64,000 nt of DNA from a virus: positions 32,001-96,000 of the IMG/VR virus record IMGVR_UViG_3300024239_000016; one strand, given 5' to 3'. Within the stretch, counting starts at the first letter, position 1; every line of letters begins with the position of its first letter. The notes under the pieces are model-generated. The model was given only the letters and a program-made list of their open reading frames with translations. It had not been told where the DNA came from and searched no databases. The position numbers and the translations under genes are program-made. Shown piece after piece: positions 20,593 through 29,950 of this stretch.

Positions 20593-21303
20593 ATGTCAGA
20601 TAGCGATAAGGTTAACATTGAGGATTTTTTCTTCGATGGAAAAATAGCCATTATGGCAGCTGAGTGGAACGTCAGTGAATGCGATTCGTTTATTTACTCG
20701 CATGGCCTAACAACCGCTGTTGTTAGCGATTCTTCTTCAGCGATACAGGCCGCGGTTGAAAAGCTCACCAAAGAAACTGGATTCAAGCACGACTTCAGCA
20801 TGTCAGCTGGCCGAGCTATTATCAAGCGTGCCCCAGTTAAGATCGGTACCGTAGTTTGGTTCAACAAAGCAAACTGGTTCCCAATTTCAGATCTGAAGCA
20901 TCTTGAAGAAATGCAAGCTAAGTTTGTGCTTGAAATTTCCAAGTTGAAAAAGAATCTGCGTGAGTCAGAGCTGGCAGAAGTAATACTCAACTGCCAAGAT
21001 ATCGATTGCATCGATATTGATCGTAAATACAGCTTTACGGCAATCAATCCGTGTAGCGGCAATGTGCATTCAGAAAGAGACGCGGTTTTGTTCCTAGCAA
21101 AGGACAAAGCGTTTCTAGAGGGAGCGCTGCCAGGATATCGTGCTAAGTGTATCGAACTTGGTGCCAATCCCGCACATATTGAATCGATAGATTTGCTGAT
21201 TGCGCGTGTCGCCGATTATCAGAAGAAGATTGAGTCCAAAATCCCAGATACGGACCTACCATGTGAGATTCGTCGATGCGTGGATGGTGAAGGAGTCCAA
21301 TGA
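20593..21303 (+). CDS. Hypothetical protein
   Basis: RBS GGAG, 236 aa, FLAKDKA...Y...C motif in the C-terminal part. Confidence 0.75.
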   Translation: MSDSDKVNIEDFFFDGKIAIMAAEWNVSECDSFIYSHGLTTAVVSDSSSAIQAAVEKLTKETGFKHDFSMSAGRAIIKRAPVKIGTVVWFNKANWFPISDLKHLEEMQAKFVLEISKLKKNLRESELAEVILNCQDIDCIDIDRKYSFTAINPCSGNVHSERDAVLFLAKDKAFLEGALPGYRAKCIELGANPAHIESIDLLIARVADYQKKIESKIPDTDLPCEIRRCVDGEGVQ

Positions 21304-22718
21304 ACTCGGATAAAGTAATGTGGCTGCTTGAAAAAATAGCAGCCACTGAATCGACCAGACAAAAAGAATCGATGCTGTCAAAATACGCAGAGCATCTTGA
21401 GCTACGCAGAGTGCTGGATTATGCATATAACCCGTACAAGCACTATGGCATCATCGATTTTGATTCTTTGGTTAGCGCGATAGAATCTGGTACATCGATT
21501 GGCTTCAAGCCATTCACTCCGCTAACTTGGTCGGTTCTGAATAAGATCATCGGTAAAAATGTACGTGGTATAACCGTGGATCAGTTATTACTACGGACTA
21601 TCGAGAGCATGACAAAAGAATCCGCATTGTTGTTAGTGCGAATCCTTAAAAAGAATCTACAAGCCGGCATCTCAGCGGCCGTTATTAATAAAGCAATACC
21701 AGAACTGATTCCTATTTTCCCGTATATGCGTTGTTCTGTTGCCAGCAGCAATTTATTGGATAGATACGACTTTGCAAATGGGGTGTTTGTTCAAAATCAA
21801 ATTGATGGCATGTATGTGGCGGTCTCTAAGCACTCGCACGATGACTGGTGTGTCACTACCAAAAATGGCGATGTAATTCCTAACGTCGTGATGAAGCCTA
21901 TTTTTACGTCGCTGAACAAGATGCCAGTTGGTTATCAGTTACATGGGGCTATAACTGTCAGTCAGGATGGAAAGCAGTTAGGTCGTGTAGCTGCTGAAAG
22001 TATTTTGAACGATCTAATGAGTACGTATAGCGATACCAGCTCAATCATTGACCTTGATGATCATGTAGAGCTAGTGTTTCATATATGGGACGTTATCAAT
22101 CACAGCGATTTAACCGCTGGTCGATGTGACCTCATGTACGGGATCCGTTACAAAATGCTTAGCGATTGCATCTCTAAGCGACCCAGGTATGTTAAGTTAG
22201 TAAAGTCAGAGATCTGCCACTCCCTCGATGAAGTATTAAAAGTGACTGGTAGAAATGTTAAAAATGGTTTTGAAGGGACTATAATCAAAAATTGGTTTGG
22301 TCCATGGACAGATGGCATCAGTCCAGATCAGGCGAAGATAAAACCAACATTCGAAACTAATCTTAAAATCGTAGGCATTCTTCACGGCTTACCTGGTACG
22401 AGGTTAGAGAATAAACCGGCGTCATGTATTTGCGAAACTGAGGACGGCTCGTTAACATCTGTAATCCCCATTGAAGAAATAGGAATGCAAAAATCCATCC
22501 AGCGCAATCAGGATCGTTGGTTAGGTCGAGTAATTAAGGTAGCTGCAAGTAACGTAACTACCAATTCGCTCGACGGTATGAAATCGCACTCACTCTTACA
22601 CGCTTACTTTAGCGCACCTCATTTTCGAACGGATTCAGATGTAGCGGATTCGATCGAACAAGTGTTTGCTCAATGTAAAGTCATGCTCAAAGGTAACATA
22701 GAACTAAAACCAGAATAG
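21300..22718 (+). CDS. ATP-dependent DNA ligase homologue (T4 gp30-like), apparently catalytically degenerate
   Basis: YAYNP, L-x-AGIS..INK, FPYMRC, x-x-DG, WD, EGTIIKN, W.DG.S.DQ.K.K and an OB-fold tail; motif I reads QNQIDG with no Lys. Confidence 0.8.
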   Translation: MNSDKVMWLLEKIAATESTRQKESMLSKYAEHLELRRVLDYAYNPYKHYGIIDFDSLVSAIESGTSIGFKPFTPLTWSVLNKIIGKNVRGITVDQLLLRTIESMTKESALLLVRILKKNLQAGISAAVINKAIPELIPIFPYMRCSVASSNLLDRYDFANGVFVQNQIDGMYVAVSKHSHDDWCVTTKNGDVIPNVVMKPIFTSLNKMPVGYQLHGAITVSQDGKQLGRVAAESILNDLMSTYSDTSSIIDLDDHVELVFHIWDVINHSDLTAGRCDLMYGIRYKMLSDCISKRPRYVKLVKSEICHSLDEVLKVTGRNVKNGFEGTIIKNWFGPWTDGISPDQAKIKPTFETNLKIVGILHGLPGTRLENKPASCICETEDGSLTSVIPIEEIGMQKSIQRNQDRWLGRVIKVAASNVTTNSLDGMKSHSLLHAYFSAPHFRTDSDVADSIEQVFAQCKVMLKGNIELKPE

Positions 22719-22787
22719 GCCCCTCGGGGCCTATTCTGTCCTCATTATTTATGGTGGCGATAACAGTTTAACTTTAGGATCCAACAA

Positions 22788-23477
22788 ATGACAACATTAA
22801 TTTCAAACGGTAATGTTTTCCTTGCTGATAAACGCACTAGCAGAAGCTCTGGCGATCAAAATAAACGCATGATTTGCCATAACTGCGGCGAATCAAAAGG
22901 AGCGTTCACTGACAATAAATCAAAAATTATTATACCGTCAGATGATGAACCTATGTATATCAATGGTGAGCGAGTTTTGGTAATCGGTTTTACCGGCTCA
23001 GTCATACCTTGTCTAGAGCTTCAGCTATTTATGTTAAAAGACAATGATATTGGTCTTTTCATGAAATCTTCGATAGCTGTACCAAATGCGATATCTAACC
23101 CATGGCCACTGAAGCAATTTAAGGGCACCGGATTTTTAGCAATCACAACAGATAATACTGGTAAGCGACAAACGCATAAGGTTAGTATTACTGACAGTCT
23201 CTTTTCCACCAGCCACTACGTCACCAAGAGCGGGATTGTTATTGGTCATGGGAGTGGGAATAAGTACGCACAAGCTATTTCAACGCTAGCCGGCGGAGAC
23301 ATAGGTGATCCAATTGCACACATGCGAATTGCCGCGTTCTTTGATAAAAGCACATCGGATAATTCATTTGATATCGCCACCATAAATAACGACAATAGTG
23401 TTAGTGTCCAAAAAAATTGTCACTATAAATCAACAAGCAGCGATTTAAAAGAATTTATAATGAGCAAACTTTTCTGA
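22788..23477 (+). CDS. HslV/proteasome-beta-like Ntn-hydrolase protease
   Basis: M-T-T start (Thr1 nucleophile), ADxR, SKI, GFTG and GSG..A motifs. Confidence 0.7.
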   Translation: MTTLISNGNVFLADKRTSRSSGDQNKRMICHNCGESKGAFTDNKSKIIIPSDDEPMYINGERVLVIGFTGSVIPCLELQLFMLKDNDIGLFMKSSIAVPNAISNPWPLKQFKGTGFLAITTDNTGKRQTHKVSITDSLFSTSHYVTKSGIVIGHGSGNKYAQAISTLAGGDIGDPIAHMRIAAFFDKSTSDNSFDIATINNDNSVSVQKNCHYKSTSSDLKEFIMSKLF

Positions 23478-23531
23478 TCGCATTAAGTAAACTAAGTAGC
23501 TATTTATTTAATTTTAAGGAAAATAACCACA

Positions 23532-24449
23532 ATGTTTTCATTTGAAAAATGGCATACCTCAAAAGAGGTAAATGAGCGTAGCGCAACACAAGTGGTCGGA
23601 GTATCCTCGATAGTTTTTCGCAACTGCAAGAAGCACATCACTTTTTCGCAACAGCTGAACAGCAGTCATTTTGTGCTCCCATTTGTGGATGAAATACCAA
23701 ATGACCTACCGCTAATTAGCGAGCGGATCATCAATGTTTCGATTCCAATGGAAACTGGGGTTTTTAAAAGAACCAGGATTAGTGAGATTGGTATCCAGAT
23801 GAGAGGTTGTATCCTTCGTGAGACAGGGAAATTTTACATCGAAAAACCAAAGCTGTCTTTCATTGATGTTGATTTATCTGGGCATCAGTTAGTTGAGTTC
23901 CTGGAAGCGATGACTGGTTACCTCAAGCCAATGGAATTCACGTTGCGTTGTATTGTCGCGGCTGCGTCAAGTGGCTTGGAGCTATCTGTAGATGAAGCTT
24001 TGCAAAATACCGATCCACTGATAACAGCTGTCATCTGGGATCCTAAGCGCGCTGATCAGGATCCCGGCCTCTATTTGTTTGGCAATGAGCACAACGAGCA
24101 GGTTGAACTGGCTATGGCCCGTTTTATTAAGCGTAATAATGGAAGATGCCCGGTCATGATTGGTTCGCCTAATATGGGCTCGTTAGAAAAGTTTACCTCG
24201 ATTAACGATGAAAAAGTAATAGGACATTTTACAGATGTGCGCAAAGAAGGAAATGTATTCCTTGGTGAGTTAGTAAAATCAAAGGGCACACTAGCGGCGG
24301 CATTACTCGATAAACCACTGCAATCGGAATTTGGTCTACGCACACTATGCAGGCATGTGCTTAACACCAATACAGGTGAAATGGAAAAGCAATTAGTCGA
24401 GATTTTATCAATTGGACTAATTGCCCCACCGAATGAAAAAGGGAATTAA
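23532..24449 (+). CDS. Hypothetical protein
   Basis: RBS AAGGA, 305 aa. Confidence 0.75.
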   Translation: MFSFEKWHTSKEVNERSATQVVGVSSIVFRNCKKHITFSQQLNSSHFVLPFVDEIPNDLPLISERIINVSIPMETGVFKRTRISEIGIQMRGCILRETGKFYIEKPKLSFIDVDLSGHQLVEFLEAMTGYLKPMEFTLRCIVAAASSGLELSVDEALQNTDPLITAVIWDPKRADQDPGLYLFGNEHNEQVELAMARFIKRNNGRCPVMIGSPNMGSLEKFTSINDEKVIGHFTDVRKEGNVFLGELVKSKGTLAAALLDKPLQSEFGLRTLCRHVLNTNTGEMEKQLVEILSIGLIAPPNEKGN

Positions 24450-24508
24450 AGTACGTTCCATCAAAGCAGCAATCGACGATCTACAATCTACCATGAGGAG
24501 ATGTTATC

Positions 24509-25078
24509 ATGAAAGCACAACAAGATTTAATCCGTATCCGTCCGCAAGATCCAGAAAAGCAATATCTAGAGATAGACGAAATGCGCTCTCTGATCAGCAC
24601 CAGTATAATCTCCAAAGACGAAAATTCGTCAGATAGCGACAATATCGCCGATTATCCTCGTGTATTTATCGACGAGTTGTTTTTCATGATCGGTAGCAGT
24701 GTGGTTTGTATGGACGCCGAGATAGAGCTGCCATTGCTATCTGAGCCAACTAATCCACCCGGATTAATGATACCCGTGGCGCACGAGCCATTGGTTGTCT
24801 GTAATCTTACAACAGACGAAGGGTATTCATTTAAAGTGACGTTACAATTCCATTTGTACGTAAATATACCGAAGTGGTTTGGTGGTAAACAGAAACACAA
24901 TGATTGTGATAATTTCTTTGGTATTTCCAGCTCTCCGGTTTGGATTCATCGAGTAGAAGTGATTGGTCCTGTTTTGGAAACAGCGGCGATTGATCTCAGC
25001 TGTCAAATTCTTGGCTATAATCTAGCAGTATTGCGAACACCCAAGAAATCCAATACTGCGCTCATCGCCGACGAGTAG
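24509..25078 (+). CDS. Hypothetical protein
   Basis: RBS GAGGAG, 189 aa. Confidence 0.75.
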   Translation: MKAQQDLIRIRPQDPEKQYLEIDEMRSLISTSIISKDENSSDSDNIADYPRVFIDELFFMIGSSVVCMDAEIELPLLSEPTNPPGLMIPVAHEPLVVCNLTTDEGYSFKVTLQFHLYVNIPKWFGGKQKHNDCDNFFGISSSPVWIHRVEVIGPVLETAAIDLSCQILGYNLAVLRTPKKSNTALIADE

Positions 25079-25082
25079 TGAG

Positions 25083-25646
25083 ATGAAACTATCATTTGCG
25101 ATCGTTCCAGCAACAGGAGCTCCATTCGAGTTTACCGAGGATTCCATCTCTTGGCTGATTGGTGTTATACCAGACCAAGGGGGTATGCGAGCAAATCAGC
25201 TTTCGTGCCATGCTGAGGAATTTACTCTTTCTTTAGATTCCGCTGGTCTAGATACCAACGCCATCAAAGTTTTTGTACTGGATTTTGGGGATGTAGAGAT
25301 TCAGGAGATGAGCGAGAGCTCATTATACCTTTTCATTGAGCTCAATAATAAACGCTGGATGGATCCAGAATTGTTAAGAGCCGATACCGTTGGTTCTGAC
25401 GCTAGATTTTCGAAGTTTTACGAAGAGCATCAACCGTTGTTAAAAGCTATTCTCAAATCTATCAAAGATGGATTTTTGAATTGTTCCATCGATGGGATTG
25501 AAGATCCTTTCATCCCTCTGATGAGCGGCGATATGATCATTGAGTTACCGCAGACCCAAAACAAATCCGTTGCCGATCTGATATCTTCGAGATTGGAAGA
25601 TAAACCATTACTTGAACTGGAAATACCATCAAGAACGATGCACTAA
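25083..25646 (+). CDS. Hypothetical protein
   Basis: 187 aa, operon-packed, followed by a hairpin at about 25652-25681. Confidence 0.7.
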   Translation: MKLSFAIVPATGAPFEFTEDSISWLIGVIPDQGGMRANQLSCHAEEFTLSLDSAGLDTNAIKVFVLDFGDVEIQEMSESSLYLFIELNNKRWMDPELLRADTVGSDARFSKFYEEHQPLLKAILKSIKDGFLNCSIDGIEDPFIPLMSGDMIIELPQTQNKSVADLISSRLEDKPLLELEIPSRTMH

Positions 25647-25737
25647 ACTAGATACCGATCCGGCTTAAGCCGGATCGGTATTAGATGATAGCAGCAGGGG
25701 ATTTTTTCTTTTTATAAATTGCGCAAAGGAAAGCAAA

Positions 25738-27240
25738 ATGCTTCAACAGAATTTACAGGTCCTGGCAAGTGCTCTTGGTCTTGATATTCATTATCTTCGT
25801 GAAAACGGCGGCGATCTCTCACAGCTGAGTGATGGTGACAAGACAAGCCTAGTAGCAGCACTGAACTCATTAAAAGAATACGCAAATTCTTACTTGGATG
25901 GCGTCATTCATGACGCATCTCAGTCGTCAGATCACGCGTACTCATCCAACAAGATTGAAGCCACTATTCAGTCAGCGATTGACCTGATCAAGGTAGGCGC
26001 TCCCGAGGCATACGACACGCTGAAGGAAATCGCTGACTACATCGCTCAAGATCAGACACAGATGTCAGGTATTTTGACATCGATGGAAAAGCTTGTGCGC
26101 TACGATCAGACCATGTCTTTGACTGAGCCGGAAAAGGCAAACCTTCACAACACTCTTGCCCTGGCCATCAGTCAGATTGGCATCGAGAGCATCTACGCCG
26201 GCTTCCAGCCCAAGCAATTCAAAGATGTGGAATTCTACGTTCCTCACTCTCTAGGCGGACGTATCTTCCAGATCATTGGCGATGATGTCTCGCAGGTAGC
26301 TATCGCCAACACATCGACACGTGCCCCGTATCCACCGAATCAGTTCATCAGCACTGAGTTCAGTAGCGATGGCGAGTTCTTCCTCTCGCATGAAGGTTAC
26401 CTGTCCGGTTATCCGAAGGTTCGTGTTGTGGCCCACAAGCGCAATGCCAATGGCACATTTGCAGAAACTGGCTATTACGATAACGTCCTTGCTCAATCCA
26501 TGCTGGCAAGTAAGCAGTATCCAAAGGTCGTCTACAAGCAGACTGCAAATCAAACTCAAAACTGGGCTCAGATCCTCGGCGTTAATGCGATTGATCGCAG
26601 CGATCCAGTTCAGCCTGTTGCAGCCGCCATCCATGGCAAAATGGCAGAAACTCGCGATGGTAGTAAACTAGCTGTCGCTATGGCTAATGGCAGTCTGCAT
26701 ATCCTCAGTGTTACGGATGGCAATCCGATGTCTTTTGCTCAGGCTGGTTCTGTGCCGGCTTCGCAATTCACAAATGCGATTTGCAATAACAGTATGGCAT
26801 TTAGCCCGGATGGCAAGATCCTAGCAGGCGCTTCGCGATACAATGCAACGAAGCAACTGGCTATTGTGGCTACTAGCGGTGGCGATTTTACTCAGCGCGT
26901 TTTACATGCGTTTGATACCGAGCAGGCGCTCCAGCCACGACTCTTCTGGGTTGACTCCAACACCATCGTTGTACAACAGAATACCAACTTGCAATTCTAC
27001 CGTATTCTGTTCGATGGAGTGAATGTCAGCGTGAGTCTCGTCAAGACGCTACCAGTGCCAGTCGGTATGATCATCGACGGCGTGACCGATGACGGCCGGC
27101 ATATCTTCATGCGTACTTTGGCAGGAGGAATGCGAATTCTTCGCCATGTCAGTGATTACCAGTACGATGTTCTTGCCAATATCACCACTGGTCCGACCAC
27201 ACTGGAATTGTCGCACACAAACTCTCGCCTTCTCGATTAA
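25738..27240 (+). CDS. Putative virion fibre/decoration protein: coiled-coil N-terminus plus beta-propeller-like C-terminus
   Basis: DKTSLVAALN, YSSNKI and GAPEAYDTLKEIAD motifs typical of phage fibre proteins; repeated FSxDG blades. Confidence 0.6.
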   Translation: MLQQNLQVLASALGLDIHYLRENGGDLSQLSDGDKTSLVAALNSLKEYANSYLDGVIHDASQSSDHAYSSNKIEATIQSAIDLIKVGAPEAYDTLKEIADYIAQDQTQMSGILTSMEKLVRYDQTMSLTEPEKANLHNTLALAISQIGIESIYAGFQPKQFKDVEFYVPHSLGGRIFQIIGDDVSQVAIANTSTRAPYPPNQFISTEFSSDGEFFLSHEGYLSGYPKVRVVAHKRNANGTFAETGYYDNVLAQSMLASKQYPKVVYKQTANQTQNWAQILGVNAIDRSDPVQPVAAAIHGKMAETRDGSKLAVAMANGSLHILSVTDGNPMSFAQAGSVPASQFTNAICNNSMAFSPDGKILAGASRYNATKQLAIVATSGGDFTQRVLHAFDTEQALQPRLFWVDSNTIVVQQNTNLQFYRILFDGVNVSVSLVKTLPVPVGMIIDGVTDDGRHIFMRTLAGGMRILRHVSDYQYDVLANITTGPTTLELSHTNSRLLD

Positions 27241-27352
27241 GTCGATATTCTATACATCACTACCGGGCAATGCCCGGTAGTGATGTATTTTTTTATAAAA
27301 ACATATTACTTTACTGATTTCCTACCATTGTTAATTTGGGAGAAGCAAATAC

Positions 27353-27733
27353 ATGAACAACCGACGCATTCGTCTCAAATCAATTCGCGCGAAGCTTTAT
27401 AAAGAGAACTGTATTATTCCGACCATAATCAGGAATGGTAAAGTCCTACGCAGAGCTCAACTGCGTTACGCCTACATCGAAAGCCGCCCACGTAAAAACA
27501 ATAAATCAAAACACAAATACGATACCTTTGCACATATCACATGCCCAAGTTGCGATGGCTTTGCTAGTCAGTACCGCTATGCCGAAACCGAAGAAGAACA
27601 AGCATATGAAGAAAAACAAATGTTGAAGCGCGGAGGCATTTTTCCGTATGCTGACATGTACGCATGTCGTGCAAAAATCGGCAATGGTGTATGTAGTAGC
27701 GGTTATAGCAACAAGCGCTATCGGTTTTCTTAG
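27353..27733 (+). CDS. Basic hypothetical protein with CxxC
   Basis: RBS GGAG, CATATTAC upstream, 126 aa. Confidence 0.7.
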   Translation: MNNRRIRLKSIRAKLYKENCIIPTIIRNGKVLRRAQLRYAYIESRPRKNNKSKHKYDTFAHITCPSCDGFASQYRYAETEEEQAYEEKQMLKRGGIFPYADMYACRAKIGNGVCSSGYSNKRYRFS

Positions 27734-27779
27734 TGATTTAATTCGCAGCACATTTATGTGATGTAAAGTAACAAACAAA

Positions 27780-28460
27780 GGGCACCTGCTAATAAACTAT
27801 CGGTAGTCAACGTGGCTGGCTATTAGAAATAATACCACGCTGCGATGGCGTAACGATAGAGTCGAAAGAAGCATAAAACATCTATTCATTTTGGCACGCG
27901 TAAAACCTTAAAAAGATAGATGGGTGAATCTGTTCAAAGTCGGCGAATGCTGCGTCCGTTAGGACACGCTAACGCCGAGCCAAAACAAGTTGTCCTATTC
28001 AGCCTAACCTACCTTTAGTCGGATGTACTTGACCGGTAGTATGGCGGGGATGTAAATGCTAGTTCAGGTAAAACACTACGGTGTAACTAGAATCTCGGGA
28101 GAGATCTAAAGACAGGCATTCTTGTGAGGTGTAGAGAGATGATGGACAGGACCTAAGTCTGCTGGCGATGATGTTTGTCGTTAAAACGAAGTTAACTCGA
28201 TAGTGATATGGATAAATTGCCTATCATGATGACCGTGTTAGCGTAAGGAAGCAGATATGGTAAAGGCGATCTCCGGACTACAACAATAGATGGACATGAC
28301 GCGTGCGTTGCGAGACAGCACAAATCACATACATCTCTGATCGTCGTAAGACGATGTAGTGAGTTTCCTTAAACTAAAAGTGCATCCCAGTGCTGGCCTT
28401 ATTAGCATTGCGTAGCCTGACAGCGTAACAGGTTAATTCTAGTTAAAGAAGAAAGTGCTC
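27780..28460 (+). ncRNA. Large structured RNA containing a group I ribozyme core (IC3/Azoarcus-like), copy A
   Basis: P3 CTGTTC 27930-35/GGACAG 28144-49; P4 TCGGCG 27940-45/CGCCGA 27973-78; P6 GCC/GGT; P7 G(A)GAGAT 28134-40/ATCTCC 28269-74; P8 ACC/GGT; P9 ACTACA 28277-82/TGTAGT 28355-60; no ORF. Confidence 0.85.
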
Positions 28461-28498
28461 ATGGATTAATACTAGGTAATCGCATCCATGACAGATGT

Positions 28499-28583
28499 GC
28501 CCAGGTGGCGAAATTGGTAGACGCACCAGATTTAGGTTCTGGCGCCTTCGGGTGTAGGGGTTCGATTCCCCTCTTGGGCACCA
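28499..28583 (+). tRNA. trnL: tRNA-Leu(TAG)
   Basis: Cloverleaf, anticodon arm CCAGA-TTTAGGT-TCTGG, long variable arm, encoded CCA. Confidence 0.95.
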
Positions 28584-28585
28584 AA

Positions 28586-28673
28586 GGAGATATGGCTGAG
28601 TGACTTAAGGTACTCCCCTGCTAAGGGAGCGTACAGAAATGTATCGTTGGCTCGAATCCAACTATCTCCGCCA
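28586..28673 (+). tRNA. trnS: tRNA-Ser(GCT)
   Basis: Anticodon arm CTCCC-CTGCTAA-GGGAG, long variable arm, G73, CCA; the T-loop starts with C. Confidence 0.92.
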
Positions 28674-28696
28674 AGAATTCAATAGTTGTTTTCATT

Positions 28697-29221
28697 GTGA
28701 GGGATCGAATGAAAAATCGTGTCAGTAAATACTTGACTAAGAAGTGCGCTCTGGAACTGCGTATCGTAATTGAGAATTTCAATTACGATAAAATCACCGA
28801 TGTTCAGCACATGACCGGTGTGACCGGTAGGCTTTGGCAAGCAGTTGGCTCGGAATTTGATGCACTCCAGTTAATTTTAATTGATTTTGAGCTGCTCCCA
28901 GATAACAAAACCGAAGCTACCTGCTATATTTTCGTGAGTATCGGCTACAATCCATCTGATGCTCTGCCCGCGTTACATCAGCTCCAGTTGTTTATTGACA
29001 AATACTCAGCGCGACTTGCCGATACAGACGTAACTCCCGCTAAGCTTCGTATGGATGGGGTATCAAAAGCATTTCGCTTACAAGCATCAAAGCGCGCCGA
29101 ATTTTTAGGTGATAAACTTGACGCCTCTATTTTCTTCAATCCTTTGCGTAAGAAAGTGTTGCGTGTCATTGCGGATGTGCACGAAAACTGCACAGGAACT
29201 CTGTGCATTGAGCTAAAGTAA
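28697..29221 (+). CDS. Hypothetical protein between tRNAs (start may be ATG 28709)
   Basis: 174 aa with protein-like composition. Confidence 0.7.
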   Translation: MRDRMKNRVSKYLTKKCALELRIVIENFNYDKITDVQHMTGVTGRLWQAVGSEFDALQLILIDFELLPDNKTEATCYIFVSIGYNPSDALPALHQLQLFIDKYSARLADTDVTPAKLRMDGVSKAFRLQASKRAEFLGDKLDASIFFNPLRKKVLRVIADVHENCTGTLCIELK

Positions 29222-29226
29222 AGACC

Positions 29227-29300
29227 GCCCCCGTAGCATGAAGGTCGTGCAGTTGATTTGTAATCATCAGGTGACAGTTCGATTCTGTCCGGGAGCACCA
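29227..29300 (+). tRNA. trnT: tRNA-Thr(TGT)
   Basis: Anticodon loop TTTGTAA, T-arm GACAG-TTCGATT-CTGTC, CCA; one mismatch each in the acceptor and anticodon stems. Confidence 0.88.
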
Positions 29301-29328
29301 ATTTAAAATTTCAATCAGGAGAATTACC

Positions 29329-29517
29329 ATGTGGCCAGATCCAGCATGGTACTTCGATGATTTAAGTATTTTCAAATACTGGGTAGATCAATTCTATTCG
29401 ATGGCTTGCAAACTCCGCTCCATCTTTAGCTGGCAGGCTGAAGAGGACCCATCCGTTACTGCCATGACGGAAGACGGTAGCAAGCTCGATTGGAAATTAC
29501 CGCCCCTTCGGGGGTAA
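29329..29517 (+). CDS. Possible small ORF (62 aa) embedded in structured RNA
   Basis: RBS AGGAG plus ATG, but enclosed by a 15/16-bp long-range helix. Confidence 0.4.
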   Translation: MWPDPAWYFDDLSIFKYWVDQFYSMACKLRSIFSWQAEEDPSVTAMTEDGSKLDWKLPPLRG

Positions 29518-29790
29518 TCATCAGAGTACCACACAAACCGGAACCAGTTCCTGTACCGGTAGCTTTAAGCTCAATAGCCTCGTAGGAGGGTGAGGGATAG
29601 TTAATGGGCGCTATATCGACTTTGTCGTGATACCCATGAAATCGGTTAGCAGAGCCGATGGGCGACTTCTGTTAGTATCAAGCGTTGAGGCTATGTTCAG
29701 GATTGTATTTGGGCATTCGACCATCTGTTTTAGATGTCTGGTTCGACTCCAGTAATGATACGATCTAGGGATCCCTTGGGTCCCTATTCT
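29330..29790 (+). ncRNA. Candidate structured RNA upstream of tRNA-Leu(TAA)
   Basis: Helices 29347-62/29516-31 and 29574-81/29687-94; T-arm-like CTGG-TTCGACT-CCAG at 29738-52. Confidence 0.5.
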
Positions 29791-29834
29791 AAAGTGATTT
29801 ATTTTACAATTATTTTAGAATAGTAAACTTTAAT

Positions 29835-29919
29835 CCGCGGGTGGCGAAATTGGTAGACGCATGAGACTTAAAATCTCACACCGAAAGGTATATGGGTTCG
29901 ACTCCCATACCGCGGACCA
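29835..29919 (+). tRNA. trnL: tRNA-Leu(TAA), intron-less
   Basis: Anticodon arm TGAGA-CTTAAAA-TCTCA, variable arm, T-arm, CCA. Confidence 0.93.
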
Positions 29920-29950
29920 TATCTTCTTAATCAACGAAAGAAAGAAAATT

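Noticed and set aside
27353-28372. Ribozyme A as an intron splitting the upstream CDS (stop codon at the intron start, as in T4 td)
   Set aside because: The in-frame sequence after the predicted terminal G reads TTT CCT TAA, so there is no meaningful 3' exon. Ribozyme C similarly gives only about 23 codons and the Nudix gene looks complete.
29530-29545. CACACAAACCGG resembles the Azoarcus intron 3' end
   Set aside because: No P4, P6 or P7 core upstream; treated as chance
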